From Mobula hypostoma (taxonomy: Eukaryota): 64,000 bases of DNA. Each line of letters begins with the position of its first letter. Positions within the stretch are counted from its first letter, which is position 1. Made by a program: the position numbers and the translations under genes. This document shows positions 1-12,734 of the stretch, piece after piece. The stretch is taken from positions 163,060,001-163,124,000 of the forward strand of contig NC_086103.1 in assembly GCF_963921235.1 (NCBI RefSeq). Reading direction: 5' to 3'. The notes beneath the pieces are model-generated. The model saw nothing but the letters and a program-made list of their open reading frames with translations. It was not told the origin of the DNA and ran no database searches.

Positions 1-567
1 CAGTATTTGTGAATGGGGTCAAGTTCCACCATGATGTCTTTAAATACAAAACAAATGCAGAAACACTGAGTTTAAATAGTTGAAATCAGCATAAAATTCC
101 TAAACCTGTTCCACTAGTTTTATCAAAGTGGAGTTGTATGTGGCGCAAAAAAACGGGGCAGACTGCATGCTAGTAACTTTCCATTTGCAAAGGTGTTTCG
201 CCATAATGTCAAAGAGGGTAATATTGGGGTGGCTCAAAGCTTGGTCACAAAGTAAAGATTTAAGGATGAGATGTAGATGGAGAGATTTTGTGGAGAAATC
301 CCGGACTTGGGTGAAGACACAATTGGAAGTGGATGGAAAGGCAAAAGCAGCTTTGAACCTTGTACTGCAAGGCTCAGGACCATTTTCTCAAGATGACTTC
401 ATCTCTCAATTGTCAAAGCTTTTTCAATTTCAAAAGAAAGGGTGCTTAAATTTTATGATATTTCATTTCTTTTTGATTTTGTGATTGCAAAAGCTGCTAA
501 TTTCATTCATCTTTATTGATAATAACTTCCTAAAGAATTGTTTTATCTGTTTTCTACTTTCTTTTAG

Positions 568-643
568 GATTTAGGATCTGAAATACTTCAGGAGACCAAA
601 GATCAAAAATATAAGCGCACTGAAGATGGTTTTTACAGAATAG
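568..643 (+). CDS. MGAT4A: MGAT4A third-last coding exon (76 nt)
   Basis: Pyrimidine tract + ttttag|GAT TTA GGA ... AGA ATA G|gtataa; encodes [25 protein letters not shown](G); its phase-1 end fits the next exon. Confidence 0.85.
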
Positions 644-3600
644 GTATAATTTAAATCTCTTGATGACCTTCATCACTATGTGTGTTTCAAGTGTCATATA
701 AATGACCTGTTCTTCTTTTAAACTCAGTCTGCTGCTAATCTGCACTTTCATTCCCATCTTTTTGTTGAGTTCTATGTTGAAGGCATTTCCAAAAAAAAAA
801 CAACACTGTGTTCGCTTTAAGTGAACAAGAACCTCAACAAGAAGCCTCAATCCAGATGACTTGGCTCGACTTCCTTGAGCGAAATCTGATCTGATCAAAG
901 TTGAGCTTATTGTAACATGCACAAATACATGTGTGCACAGGTGCAATGAAAAACTTACTTGCAGCAGTATCACAGACACATAGCCTCAGATAAGCAGCAT
1001 TAACAAGAAAAACAAATTAAACGTAAATTACACCTTTTTTTTACAAGTAAATGCAATTAGAATGAAGTCCGTTTTGTGCCAAGTGTTCATGGTGCTGCTA
1101 AACTATAGTGATGTGGGGTTTGCCAGTTGGTTCAAAATGCAGGTGGTTGAAGGGAAGTAGCTGTTCTTTCCTGGTGGTGTGGAACTCCAGGCTCTGTACC
1201 TCCTGCCCCACGATAGTTGCAACAAAAAATGGCATAGTGTGATGATGTGGATCTTGAGGCCGGACGTCTTGTTGATACTACCATTGACCTGCGAGGGATA
1301 TGCCCATGATGGATTAGACAGTGTCCACTACTCTCTAGATCTCCTCATGTTCCTGTGCATTCACATTTCCCTACCACAGCATGTTGCAACCAGTCAGGAT
1401 ACTTGCAACAATACATCTGTAGAAGGTTGTTAGTATTCAGTGGCAAGCCAAACATCCTTACCACCCTAAGAAGATAAAGATGCTGGCGTGCTTTCCTTAT
1501 GATAGCTTCTGTGTGCCAGGACAAGTATTCTGATACACTAACAGCCAGGAATTTAATGCTGCTGATCTCCCAATGTAGACTGGCACATGTTCACCCTGCT
1601 TCCCATCAGATGCACATGGAGTCTGAGGTGAGAGGATTTTTTCACAATTATTCTCTTAGATAATCCATTTCTGACTCCAGATCTCTTTTATCCAAAGTCC
1701 AAGAGAAATGTGCACAGAAATTCCTTTGGGTATATTTTATCGTGTAAAAATGCCCTTTACTATACAGCAATCAAAAAATTATTTTTAACTAGGCAGGACC
1801 AGAGTTCAATTATTCTCATTTATTGAATGGTAAACCTGCTGCTGGCATCACTTGAATCTGTCCGATCAAATGAATCAACAGCAGAATTACTGATTTCTCA
1901 TTGGCTCTCCTGTATAATCCAGTCAATACAGGGGATGCTCATTTACTGGAGAGCCTCAGAACTACGATACAGTGCAAACATCTTAAGCACATGTATATAG
2001 CTAGGATGCCTAAGACTTTTGCACAGTACTGTAGTAACTTTATGTATTCCACTGTACTGCTGCCGTAAAAGAAAACAAATTTCATGACATATGCGAGTGA
2101 TGATAAGCCTGATTCTGATCTGGGTCTCTATTGTGGACTGAGAGTGGGAAGGAGGCAGGGAGAGGGTGAACGTGGTTGGGGGGAAAATGGGAGGGAGCGG
2201 GAAGTGCCAGAGAGACATTCTGTAATGATCACCAAACCAATCGTTTGGAAACAAATGACCTTGCCTGGTGTCTCAGGGCTGGGTGTGTCTGCAGCCGTGC
2301 CACCCCCGCCCCTGGCACTCCTCTGCCACCTGTCCCGCACCCCTCCTGCAGCTCCCCACCCTCGCCATTCCCCACATTCTTTGCTCCCAGCAGATTTACA
2401 GACTCACTCCCCAGTCCACATTGGCGAATACAGTACTGTGTAACGGTCGTAGGCACTCTAACTATATATACTGTACGTGCCTAAGACTCTGCACTGTACT
2501 GTAATCGGCTACAGCAGACCCAGAAAACGAGAGCTTAGTTCATTTCCAAGGATGTTTTACCTGTAAGAGCTGTCAAGAACAAGTGATAGGCATTCGATGG
2601 CCCTCAGCAAATCTCTGACCAGATCATAAACATAATCCTCAGGACAAGAGCACCAGAAACATGGGAGCACCACCTGGAAGCTGCCTTACAATCCACACAA
2701 CATCCTGACTTGGAAATCTATTGCCATTCCTGCGTCAAAATCTCTCCCGAACAGCATTGTGGGCCCATCCAGCACTTCAAGGACTGCAGCTGGTCAAGAA
2801 GCCAGCTCACCATCACCTTCCTGAGGGCAATTAGGGATGGGTAATTAGATGTTGGCCAAGCCTGCAAAGCCCACATCCCTAGAAGGAATTTTTTTTTTAA
2901 AAAAGCCTCCCTTGATCCTTCCACAGAAGGTTAGTTTTACAAACAATATTGAGCTTTTGGTGTTGTTTGGAGCTGCAGTTATTAGTACAAGCCAGTGGCC
3001 TGTTTTTATATGGTTTAACTCCAGAGGCCTAAAAATGTCACTCTGATCAGTGGTGCAGAAAAGAATGCCTCTTTCAAGATCTACTATTGACTGGAACATG
3101 AAGTAAGAATTCTGGCTTTATGTGGGTAAGGACCGTGATTTCAGTAGATGGACCTGAGCAACATTAAGATCCCAGAGCAGAGGAATCATTACTCTGTATC
3201 CAGCACCAGCACCACAGCTGATTCAGTATGATTTTGTGTGTGTTTCCTTTCTTATGTTGATTAATAAATCTACTGGTGCCAAACTGCGCCCCTTTGTCAA
3301 GTGTTTCCTGCTGGCTTCTTGTGTTACTGTTACCAGTGTTCAATTGGGCATAAGTTAGAATCAGAATCCACTTTATTATCACTGACATATATTGTCAAAT
3401 TTGTTGTTTTGGAGCATCAGGCCAGTGCGATATGTAAAATATACTATAAATTAAGATAAGAAATATATGAAATTAGTAAAAGTCAGACTGAACTTATTAT
3501 CAAAGTACTTTAGAACATAGAACACTCCAGCACAGGAACAGGCCATTCGGCCCACAATGTTGTGCTGCACCAGCTAAAAAGCAAATCAAAAGCACCCAAA

Positions 3601-6600
3601 CACTAATCCTTCCTACCTACACAGTGTCCATATCCTTCCACCTTCCTCACATCCATGTGTCTATCTAAATGTCTCTTTAGAGCCTCTAATGTATTTGCCT
3701 CTTCCAAGCAGCACATTCCAGGTGTCCACAACTCTCTGAGTAAAAAAAAACTTGCCCGTCACATCCCCCTTGAACCTAACCACTCTCACCTCCAATGCAT
3801 GCCCTCTGGTATTAGACATTTCAACCCTGGGAAACAGATACTTCCTGACACTCTCTCTGTGCCGTTCATAATCTTCTAAACCTCTGTCAGATCTCCCCTC
3901 AGCCTCTGCCACTCCAGAGAGAACAATCCAGCTTCTCATGTTAGTACATGCCCTCTAAACCAGGCAGCATCCTGATAAACCTCTTCTGCATCCCCTCCAA
4001 AGCCTTAACGTCCTTCTTGTAGTGGGCAACCAAGAATGTATGCGGTACTCCACATGTGGCCTAACCAGAGTTTTATAATGTTGCAACATAACCTTTTAAC
4101 TTTTGAACTCAGTGCCTTGATTAACAAAAGCAAGCACTCCATAAGCCTCCTTAACCACCTTATCGACCTGTGTAGCCACTTTCAAGGTACTATGAACTTG
4201 GATCCCAAGATCTCTCTGGTTAGCAACACTTTTAAGGAACTTGCTCTTAACAGTGTACTATCCCCTTACCCTACCAAAGTGCAATGCCTCACACTTGTCT
4301 GGGTTAAGCTCCATCTGCCATTTCTCTGCTCATATCTGCAACTGATCTATATCACATTGTATTCTTTTCCAGTCCTCTACACGACTCCACCAATCTTGGT
4401 ATAATCCGCAAACTTACTAACCCACCCATCTACATTTTCATCCATGTCATCTATATCCATTATATTCCAGATCATTTTTTATACGGCTATGCGGTCACTG
4501 ACGCTAGGTAGACAATCTCTGAAGAGTATTGATAATGGCTGGGATCACCTTTCCAGTAAAGGCACTGCCCAGAAAAAGGCAACGTCAAATCACTTCTGTA
4601 CAATATTTGCCAAGAACAATCATGGTCATGGAAAGACCATGATCGCCTATGTCATACGACATGACACATAATGAACGAAGATACAGCACCTTATACTACC
4701 TTGAGATTAATTTTCTTGCATGCAATTTTCAGGAAAATAAAGAAGTACAATAGAATTTATTAAATATGTTTCTACATAAAGCTGATTATACATAAACAAA
4801 GACTAACAACAACCAATGAACAAATAAGGAAAATTGTGCAAACAAAAAAATAAATAATACTGCAAACATGTGATGTGGAGTCCTTGGATACTTGTAAAAT
4901 ACTTGTGTGTTTTTCTTGTGTGCAGGTAGATTTGAAAATGGAATAGCTGAAGGTGCCATTCACAAGCGATTAAATCCTATCTCAGCCATTAGGCTGTCAG
5001 TTTTACAAGATTCCGAAGTGTGGGTTCTACTTGATGAGGTAAGGAGCTGTTAAGTAAGTATACTGTGTGTATGTTGTGAATAATTTCTGTGTGTCTGCTA
5101 GGCAGTTCTGCAGACAACTTGCTAGTAAAATAAATTGCTATTTGATACATAGCGATTAATTTTTGTCTAGTAAGCATCCACAAACACCATTATGTTCAAG
5201 ATCAGATCTTCTTGGCTTTGTTATACATGATTGTTCGAAAATAATGACCAAGACGCCAAGAGGAACTATTCTTGTACTGTTATAATGAAATGAGGTTCGC
5301 CTGGGGAGTAGACTCTTTTCCAGTTTGATTATAAAAATGTGTCCAACTGTGCATTTCATTGACGTTCTGATGCTCTTAGAACATTTAGATAAAATTCAGT
5401 ATTTTCTAATCAGAATCATGAATTGCTATAACAGTTGCTAATAGCCAAGAAGTCACCGTTAAAGAACTGCACGTGGAACCAGATACCCTTTGGGAAAGAT
5501 GTTAATAGAGCCTACATACATTTTCTTGTCTGTCTTCAATGGGGGATACAAATGCTGGGCCCTCAATGATTAGTGTACGCTATTGCAGCGCCAGCAATTC
5601 TGTCACTGTCTGTAAGGAGTTTGTACGTTCTTCTCATTACTACATGGTCTACTGAGTGCTCCAGTTTCCTCCCACATTCCAAAGACGTACAGGTTAGGGT
5701 TAATAACTTGTGAGCATGCGATGTTGGCAGCAGAACATGGCGAGGCGGGCGGACTGCCCCCGCCACATCCTTGGACTATGGTCGTTGATGGAAACCACAC
5801 ATTTTACTGTACTTTTCAACGTTCGGTGTACACATGATAAATAAAGCTAACCTTTCATCTTTACAATCTTTATAAACAAGACTCTTTGAATGCCTCTCTG
5901 CTGCTGACCAAACTGGAGAAGTTAAAACTGAAGGGAAATACTATTCAAATTGTATACATTCTAATATTTAGAGCAATCTGTCTTAAAATTTGTTTTATTA
6001 ACATTGTAATTCCAATAACCTATCTTTATTGAAGTAGAAACCTTCAAGATATTTCTTGGGAATGGAATCAAATAAAATTTGACTCCATCCAGAAGTCAAG
6101 GTAGATGACGGAAGTGTTCAAAGATGCTGGATTTTAAGAGTTGACACTAAGGGTTGGCAGAAAGGAGGGAGAGTGACACAACAGATTTGGAGAGGAGATT
6201 CCAGAACTTGGGCTGGACTGTAGACTATTCGATGATTAATACTGGACTGGTAAAAGGCTTTGGAAATATCAAGAAATTGTATGTCCATGAAGATCACTGA
6301 TTCAGTGGATGTTGGGCATTTTTATTATTTATTAATTTCCTCAGATCTGGACATTGCCTGCAAGGCTAGCATTCATAGCCTGAGGTGGTGCTCGTCAGTT
6401 GCCTCTCTGAATGGCTACAGTCAGGTGAAGGTACTCCCATGGTGTAGTTGAGTAGCACGTTACAGGGTGATGATGAAAGAACTGCCGAGTCAGGATGGTG
6501 CTTGATTTGGAGGGAAATGTGTTGTGTGCCCGTGTACCTAAAGTCCTTGACCACCTTGGTGGTTGAGATTGCATGTTTGAGAGAGATTACCAGAGTTGCT

Positions 6601-8105
6601 AAGGAAAGTGCATCAGTGTGGGCTAGAAACTTGGGCATCAGTGAAATGCTTACGTAAAGAGAGCTTTTCGCACATTGCCCTTCATTGATCAAAGTACTGA
6701 GTACAGGACTTGGTATGTTGTGTTGAAGTTGTATAAGATGTTAGTGAGGTCTAATTTTGAGTACTGTGTGCAGTCCTAGTCATCTACCTATAGAAAAATG
6801 TCAATAAAATTGAGAGAGTGCAGAAAAAATTTACAAGGATGTTGCTGCAACTTGGCAACCTGAGTTATAGGGAAAGGTTAAACAGGCTCAGACTTTATTC
6901 CCTGGAACCTAGGAGAACAAGGGGAGATTTGATAGAGGTATACAAAATTAGAGTGGCATAGATAGAGTAAATGCAAGCAGCCCTTTTCCACTGAGGTTGG
7001 ATGAGACTAGAACTAGAGGTCATGGGTTAAGGGTGAAAGGTGAAATGTTAAAGGGGACATGATGGGGAACTTTACTCAGGGTGGTGAGCAGAGTGGTTGA
7101 TGTGCATTCAATTTCAACATTTAAGAGAAGTTTGGATGAGCCCATCAATTATTGGGGTATGGAGGGCCATGGGTGCAGATCACTGGACTAAGCAGTATTC
7201 AGCATACACTAGACGGGCCTCTATGAGTAAGTACCAGTGAAGCACTGTTGATGGTGCATTTCTAAACATCACTAACAATTAAAAAAAATTGTGCCAGAAT
7301 TAAGTTTATTGGAGTTGTGCACTGCTGTTGGAAGGCCCCTGCACTTGAATTNNNNNNNNNNNNNNNNNNNNNNNNNNNNNNNNNNNNNNNNNNNNNNNNN
7401 NNNNNNNNNNNNNNNNNNNNNNNNNNNNNNNNNNNNNNNNNNNNNNNNNNNNNNNNNNNNNNNNNNNNNNNNNNNNNNNNNNNNNNNNNNNNNNNNNNNN
7501 NNNNNNNNNNNNNNNNNNNNNNNNNNNNNNNNNNNNNNNNNNNNNNNNNNNNNNNNNNNNNNNNNNNNNNCTCCTCAAGTTGGGGAGCTTGGACAAGCAA
7601 CATGGCAGATTGTGACATTGAAACAGCAAGCTAAAGGACTCCCCTCCCACTGTTACAGGCGCATTATCCCCTTCTCCCTCACTAGTGAGAGAGAGAGAGA
7701 GCCTGTCTGAGATGTTGAGGTGTTGGGACGGACAGTAGTGTTTTGACGGACTCTGGATCATGGTCGCTGGGGGCTTTGCTGGCCTGGTGGGTGTTGGGAG
7801 GGGGGTTTTGCTTTTGCTGGACTAAGTGGGGGAGGGGAGGGTTGATACTGCTGCTATGGCTTGGGGGGGGGGCCAGTGGGAGGGGTTCTAACGTTTTTCT
7901 GTCATTCATTCTTTGGGGTTTTTCTTCTGTTTTGTGGATGTCTGCAGAGAGTAAGGATGTCAAGTTGTGTACTGTATACATTCTCTGATATTAAATTGAG
8001 ACATTGAAACATTGTAGTTGAGATGGATCATTCTACTTGGTTATTTACTAATTTTTAAAATCTTTTTATTCATTTCAGATCCATCTTAAAAAAGCTGCCA
8101 GATAA
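568..8105 (+). CDS. MGAT4A: MGAT4A (alpha-1,3-mannosyl-glycoprotein 4-beta-N-acetylglucosaminyltransferase A), 3' part; join(568..643,4926..5038,8079..8105), 5' exons lie outside the window
   Basis: Three GT-AG exons splice in frame to [71 protein letters not shown]. This resembles the recalled human C-terminus (...[20 protein letters not shown]...[31 protein letters not shown]). Tail-to-tail position with UNC50 matches the human gene order. Confidence 0.9.
885..1620 (-). mobile_element. Degenerate Rex1/Babar-type LINE 3' fragment
   Basis: Reverse complement resembles the 3' part and tail of the element at 14850-16900. Confidence 0.5.
1963..2503. mobile_element. Two ~70-bp palindromic Tc1/mariner-type MITEs (1963-2033, 2429-2503) bracketing a ~400-bp repeat-like core
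   Basis: Each unit has degenerate inverted repeats of TACAGTACTGTGCAAAAGTCTTAGGCA with terminal TA. Confidence 0.6.
3510..4450 (-). mobile_element. CR1 LINE 3' fragment
   Basis: Minus-strand ...TRGHALEV...[11 protein letters not shown] (CR1 ORF2 C-terminal motif) and ttctatgttct tail. Confidence 0.8.
4485..4680 (+). mobile_element. Short retroposon with RTE-like 3' tail; longer inverted copy at ~54237-54630
   Basis: gaagagtattgataatggctgg...catggtcatg...accatgatc shared in reverse complement with 54240-54420. Confidence 0.5.
4926..5038 (+). CDS. MGAT4A: MGAT4A penultimate coding exon (113 nt)
   Basis: tgcag|GT AGA TTT GAA AAT ... GAT GAG|gtaagg; encodes (G)[37 protein letters not shown]. 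Confidence 0.92.
5570..5860 (+). mobile_element. tRNA-type SINE
   Basis: ctgtaaggagtttgtacgttct...ccagtttcctcccacattccaaagacgtac core shared with other copies in the window. Confidence 0.6.
6680..7225 (+). mobile_element. CR1 LINE 3' fragment
   Basis: gagtactgtgtgcag...gagagagtgcagaaaaaatttacaaggatg...aactagaggtcatggg motifs, as in the 26.5-30.5 kb CR1. Confidence 0.75.
7352..7570. other. Assembly gap (219 N) in the last MGAT4A intron
   Basis: Run of N. Confidence 0.99.
8079..8105 (+). CDS. MGAT4A: MGAT4A terminal coding exon with stop
   Basis: tttcag|ATC CAT CTT AAA AAA GCT GCC AGA TAA = IHLKKAAR* (human IHIKKATN*). Confidence 0.88.
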   Translation: MHLKKAAR

Positions 8106-11100
8106 TCAGAACTTTAAAAAAGTTTGAGGATTAATCTGTTTTATACAAAAGAATTGCCCCAATCCATCTTAGTAGCTCTCTTTGATAAAGTGTTGATATG
8201 GATCACAGAGTTCCTGGACATATCACCTCATCATCTGATCGTTGTGGATATTCATTGTTCCCACACACTACCTCCTGTGAAATCTACTGTAATTTTCTAT
8301 GTGAAGATTCTAATTTTGAAGAGTTACCAACTGAGGTTTTTTTTGGTAATCTGAAGATAATGGACTGATCTTCTCATCATAAGCTACAAAGGTGTATTTT
8401 TTGTGACCCATTTTACCTAAATATTGAACAAAATTAAGAAAAGATGTGATACTTGTATAAAGAACTTAAATGTTACAAATTTTAAACGTAAATTGTGCAT
8501 CAGGGACAGTGAATGTGCAAGCGGAGGAGAGAATATAAGGGGTTGGTTACCTTTAATTTATTGTAAATATGCACTGGACAGATTTATCATATTTTGAGGG
8601 AATCCAGATTCTTGATTAGAGAAATGTAGTATTTGGTTTCCAGACAATTAAGTTAAGTTCAGAAGAGCTACTTCGTTTTTACGAAGGAAAAAAAAACTGC
8701 CTTTACACAACTTTGAATTTATTAAGGTTGAAATTTGCCAACTTTCCTGAGAGTGGTTGCAGAACGTCAGTTCCAGCACATCTAGACTGGTGATAAATGA
8801 TGTGACTTTATCAGTGGACTTAGTTGTACATTACAGAATGGAGGGCACAGATTTTATTTTGAGAGTCTCCTGTGCGATAGTGATCATATGCGTTCACAGG
8901 GCAGTTGCAAGGGACCACAGTTAAATTTAGCACCCAGAGCAAGGTAAGCTTGTGGTGGGGATTGGGGAAAGACCTTTGCTACCCCTTCAGTGGCATTGTT
9001 TATGCAGACCTTAGTGTCCTGTTACTGGAACTGATTGAATGTTGAACAGGTGGAGAGCAATGATTTTTCTGTAGACATCTTAATATTTATTAAATAAAAA
9101 GAAATGCAAGACAAAGAGACTTTGCATTTTGTTTGTTGGGAAATATTTTTAAGTGCAATCTTTGAAAAAGTAATAGTACTTCTACAGTTCAGAAATCTAT
9201 TGCCCGCAAGCCAAAAAAAAACTTAATTTTCCAGTTCATCTATTTAAAGTTTAATAGTTTAATCTATTTAATAGCTTAAAGAAAACCGTAAGTGTTAATA
9301 ACATTACAGATGGATTTTCTTTTCAAAAATACACTTCTACATATTTAACTATTGGAACGATTGGATGGATAAATGTAACGTGATGTTGGTGCCAATTTTA
9401 TTCAGAATATTTAACTGAACCATCACAAATATTTTACCCTTTCCAATAAAATCTTTGCAACTTAATGCTGGAAAACCCTAAACTGATACAGCCTGTGTGG
9501 AAAAACACGGCCTTTAACTTGACAGTGCACTTGTGTTCAATATAAATTAAAAAGTTGGTGTAATTTTTTGTACTTAATTATATTCATGATGTTTTGATAT
9601 GTAATTAATGGAGGATATCTTTTTTTGCTGCAGGAAAGGGTATAAATATTCATGAAAACTGCTTAACCTAGCCAAAATTGTTACCATCAGTGAGCGCAAA
9701 ATGAAATAAAGTGACAGGCTGATATTAGCGGTTTACATTTTCAGTGATGGAATTTTTAAAATTGGAATTGGACAATCTTGCTATTTGTAAAATACTAAAA
9801 ATAAAACTAGTGAAAAGTTTAAGAAGAACTTTCAGTTCTTCCTTCCTATCAACTGCCTCGAAGTAATTAATGTTGTATAAGTGTTGGGAGGGAAGGGTAG
9901 AAAGACAGTCAATAAAAAGACATATGACAGTATTAAGGAAACATGTTGCTATCGTGCAGAGCTGAGCAACAAAAGTTGTATTTAAGTTGATCCTTTCTCT
10001 AAAAAGATACATTTTCTAAACCCATCACGACAATAATAACAATTGAAATTCACAGTCATAACTAAGTATTGGCATAATTTAAGCTAAATGCAGTAAGTAT
10101 TGGAAATTTGGTCAGTCAGTTGGCTTGAAAGTCAGTGAAAGGAGGTGTTAATAATTTATTGTAGAATTTTTTTAAGGTTATTTCTATTGAGAGGCTTTGA
10201 TAATAAATAACTATGGCATATGAATATGGAAAATGTAGACCACAGTAATGTAGTTATTTACATGAAAAATAACAATTTGGTTCTGGCAATGGAGCTCGAT
10301 CCAGACGATCAATACTAATTTCAAATCTCTGTATATACAAAGTCATTTTCATCAGCAGATAAGATGCGTTTTAGACTCTTAAAATCAAATTTTAAGACAG
10401 ATAGATACCCATAGTGATCATATATATAAAAAAGAGCGCATAGGTTTATAGAGAGAGAGAGAGAAGTCTAAAGCGTTTTTTTTAACACATGCTATCTGAA
10501 ACTGCTAGCGGAGAATCAGATATAATTTCTACATTTAGCTGGAACTTCAATAGAGTGGACAAAGAAGGATAGAATTCTAATGCATGTTAACGGGATTAGT
10601 CTTAGATGGGCTAAAAGGTCTGCTGGAATATGATGGGCTGAAGGGCCCATTTCTGGGCTTTACAATTCTGAGATGCAGCTAGTATCAAATGGTATAATAG
10701 ATGTTAATTGTCACCTTAAAATGAACCTTCATGAATGCAAATCAAGAAGCAAGTTTTTCCAAATATGTGACTTTTTTTTGTTTGTGGATCTATATATGAG
10801 GTATGAAATATGATCTATTTTGCATTCAGGATTTCTATACTTGTTTGCTCTCGGCTGGTCTTTTGCAATTGGGCTAGATCATGTTATGTTAAAAGTTCAA
10901 AGTAAATTTTGTTATTAAAGTACATAGATGTCATCATATACAACACTGAGATTAATTGCAAAAGCACCTAATGTAGTGTTTGCAACGTGACAAGTGTCCC
11001 AGGACAGTTGTTTCTTGCGGTCACGTGAGGGTGGAGTAAATACCTTTTGTAAAATTACCTTGAGGCTTAACAATGGTTCACGTTTTAGTTCTCAGGATGG

Positions 11101-11850
11101 GTAACACGTAGAGCATGTGTACATTTCATCCTACTCGCACTTTGGTTGCTGCTAGAAGCTACACCATGGATCTGTATTCATTGTTGAAAATGTTCCAACA
11201 GGTTTTGCATATGCAGGTTGAAAACGGGGTCCTTAAGATTGTGCCTGAGCTGTGCTTCAATCAGTGCATACAAAATTAGAAAACAAAACAAACATGAAGC
11301 TTGATAATATGCACATGATTTGAGAGTTTGGCCATTTTTGGACAGTAAATCATGCCAATTTAACATAATGATTGCTTATTAATAAGAAAATCAGAATAAA
11401 TCTAAATTATTGAGGGCTCATCTGTAGCATGTTTATCATAATGAAAGAGATTTATTGTGAATCAAGTGAAATTGATTGGTTTTTCATGTGCCACAGATCA
11501 ATCTCTTGAAATACTTTTACTAATGTTATGGATATGTTTCTGCTTTGTGTATGTTACTATGCACCTGCTTGCTAATGTCAATGTGCCTTGCATCATGGGT
11601 CTACGTTATTTTCATATATGTGCCATAACTTTATAAAGAATATACTTGTAATAAAGTTGAATTTGTTATACTTTAAAATGTAATAAGGTGTAGAATGTTC
11701 TGTATAATTGGCTTCTTCCTGCCGTTGTGTAATAAATTGCTACATTTCAATGTTAACCTTTGCAATGAGTGTTTGGAAAAGTCGATGTTGGTAGTATCCA
11801 GTACTTAATGATTAAATGCTAAAAGAATAAACAGATAATTTAAACCTCAA
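8106..11850 (+). other. MGAT4A: Probable long MGAT4A 3' UTR
   Basis: AT-rich, almost repeat-free stretch after the stop, ending in a cluster of AATAAA hexamers (~11650, ~11731, ~11826). The end position is inferred and earlier AATAAA sites exist. Confidence 0.5.
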
Positions 11851-12529
11851 ACTCTTCCAGCTGGCCCTCTAGACCAGGTGATATCTGGATCATACATTAA
11901 TTTATTTGGAAGGGAGAAAAAAAAACTCAATTGGCCTAATGCATTTTCTCTAGAGTAAATTTCATTCCATGCTATTTTTCTAGATTGGATTCACAATGCA
12001 GAAACATAAGCACTTGATCACATCATAAAACTTCACATCTCTGTGTGTACCGAAGGATAATCCTGCTTAAAGAAAGTTTCTCAGAAAAGAAAATCTTGCC
12101 TAAGAATTGTAATACAATATTATCTTCATAGCAGGACACAGGTATTCATTTTGCTCTGTCGGTGAAGGAATGGCTTATTTGCATATTTTTAATAATGAGC
12201 ACTTATTACCGTATCTTTAATTTTATACTTAGACTTCCTGATCTGTTGTTTTAAAGTGGTTTTGATTGTGTCATGGCTTGGGTGACATTGGGAAATTTGC
12301 TTTTCTCCTTACCCCTAAGGTATGCCCTAACGACAATAGTGGACTACTAGCTTGAACTGTACCTCCTCCTCCTGCATAGGTCGTCCTTGGGTGGAAGGTA
12401 TCTTGCTTCCACTCCAGTTCGAAGTAGAATAAACCCATAACAAATTCATCACAGGATGACGGGGTAATTACTCTATCACCAGTCTCCCCACCCATTCACA
12501 ATGACTCGCTGACTGCAACCCCACCCAGA

Positions 12530-12730
12530 ACATTTATTTATTTAGTGATACAGCATGGAGTAGGCCCTTCCAGCCCTTCGAGCCACACCGCCTCAGCAAC
12601 TCCTGGCCATCCCTATAAACCATAACCTAATCACAGGACCATTTAACCTACCCGGGACGTCTTTGGACTGTCGGGAGGAAACCCACGCATTCCATGGGGA
12701 AGACATGTACCAACTCCCTGCAGATGATGC
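12530..12730 (-). mobile_element. tRNA-type SINE
   Basis: Reverse complement of the SINE family at 19140-19350 and 59245-59525. Confidence 0.65.
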
Positions 12731-12734
12731 AGTT

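Noticed and set aside
128-979. ORFs 128-484 and 554-979 as genes
   Set aside because: No recognisable domain; the second is antisense to the real MGAT4A exon 568-643.
7262-7761. Long ORFs across 7262-7761
   Set aside because: Artefacts of translating through the N gap.
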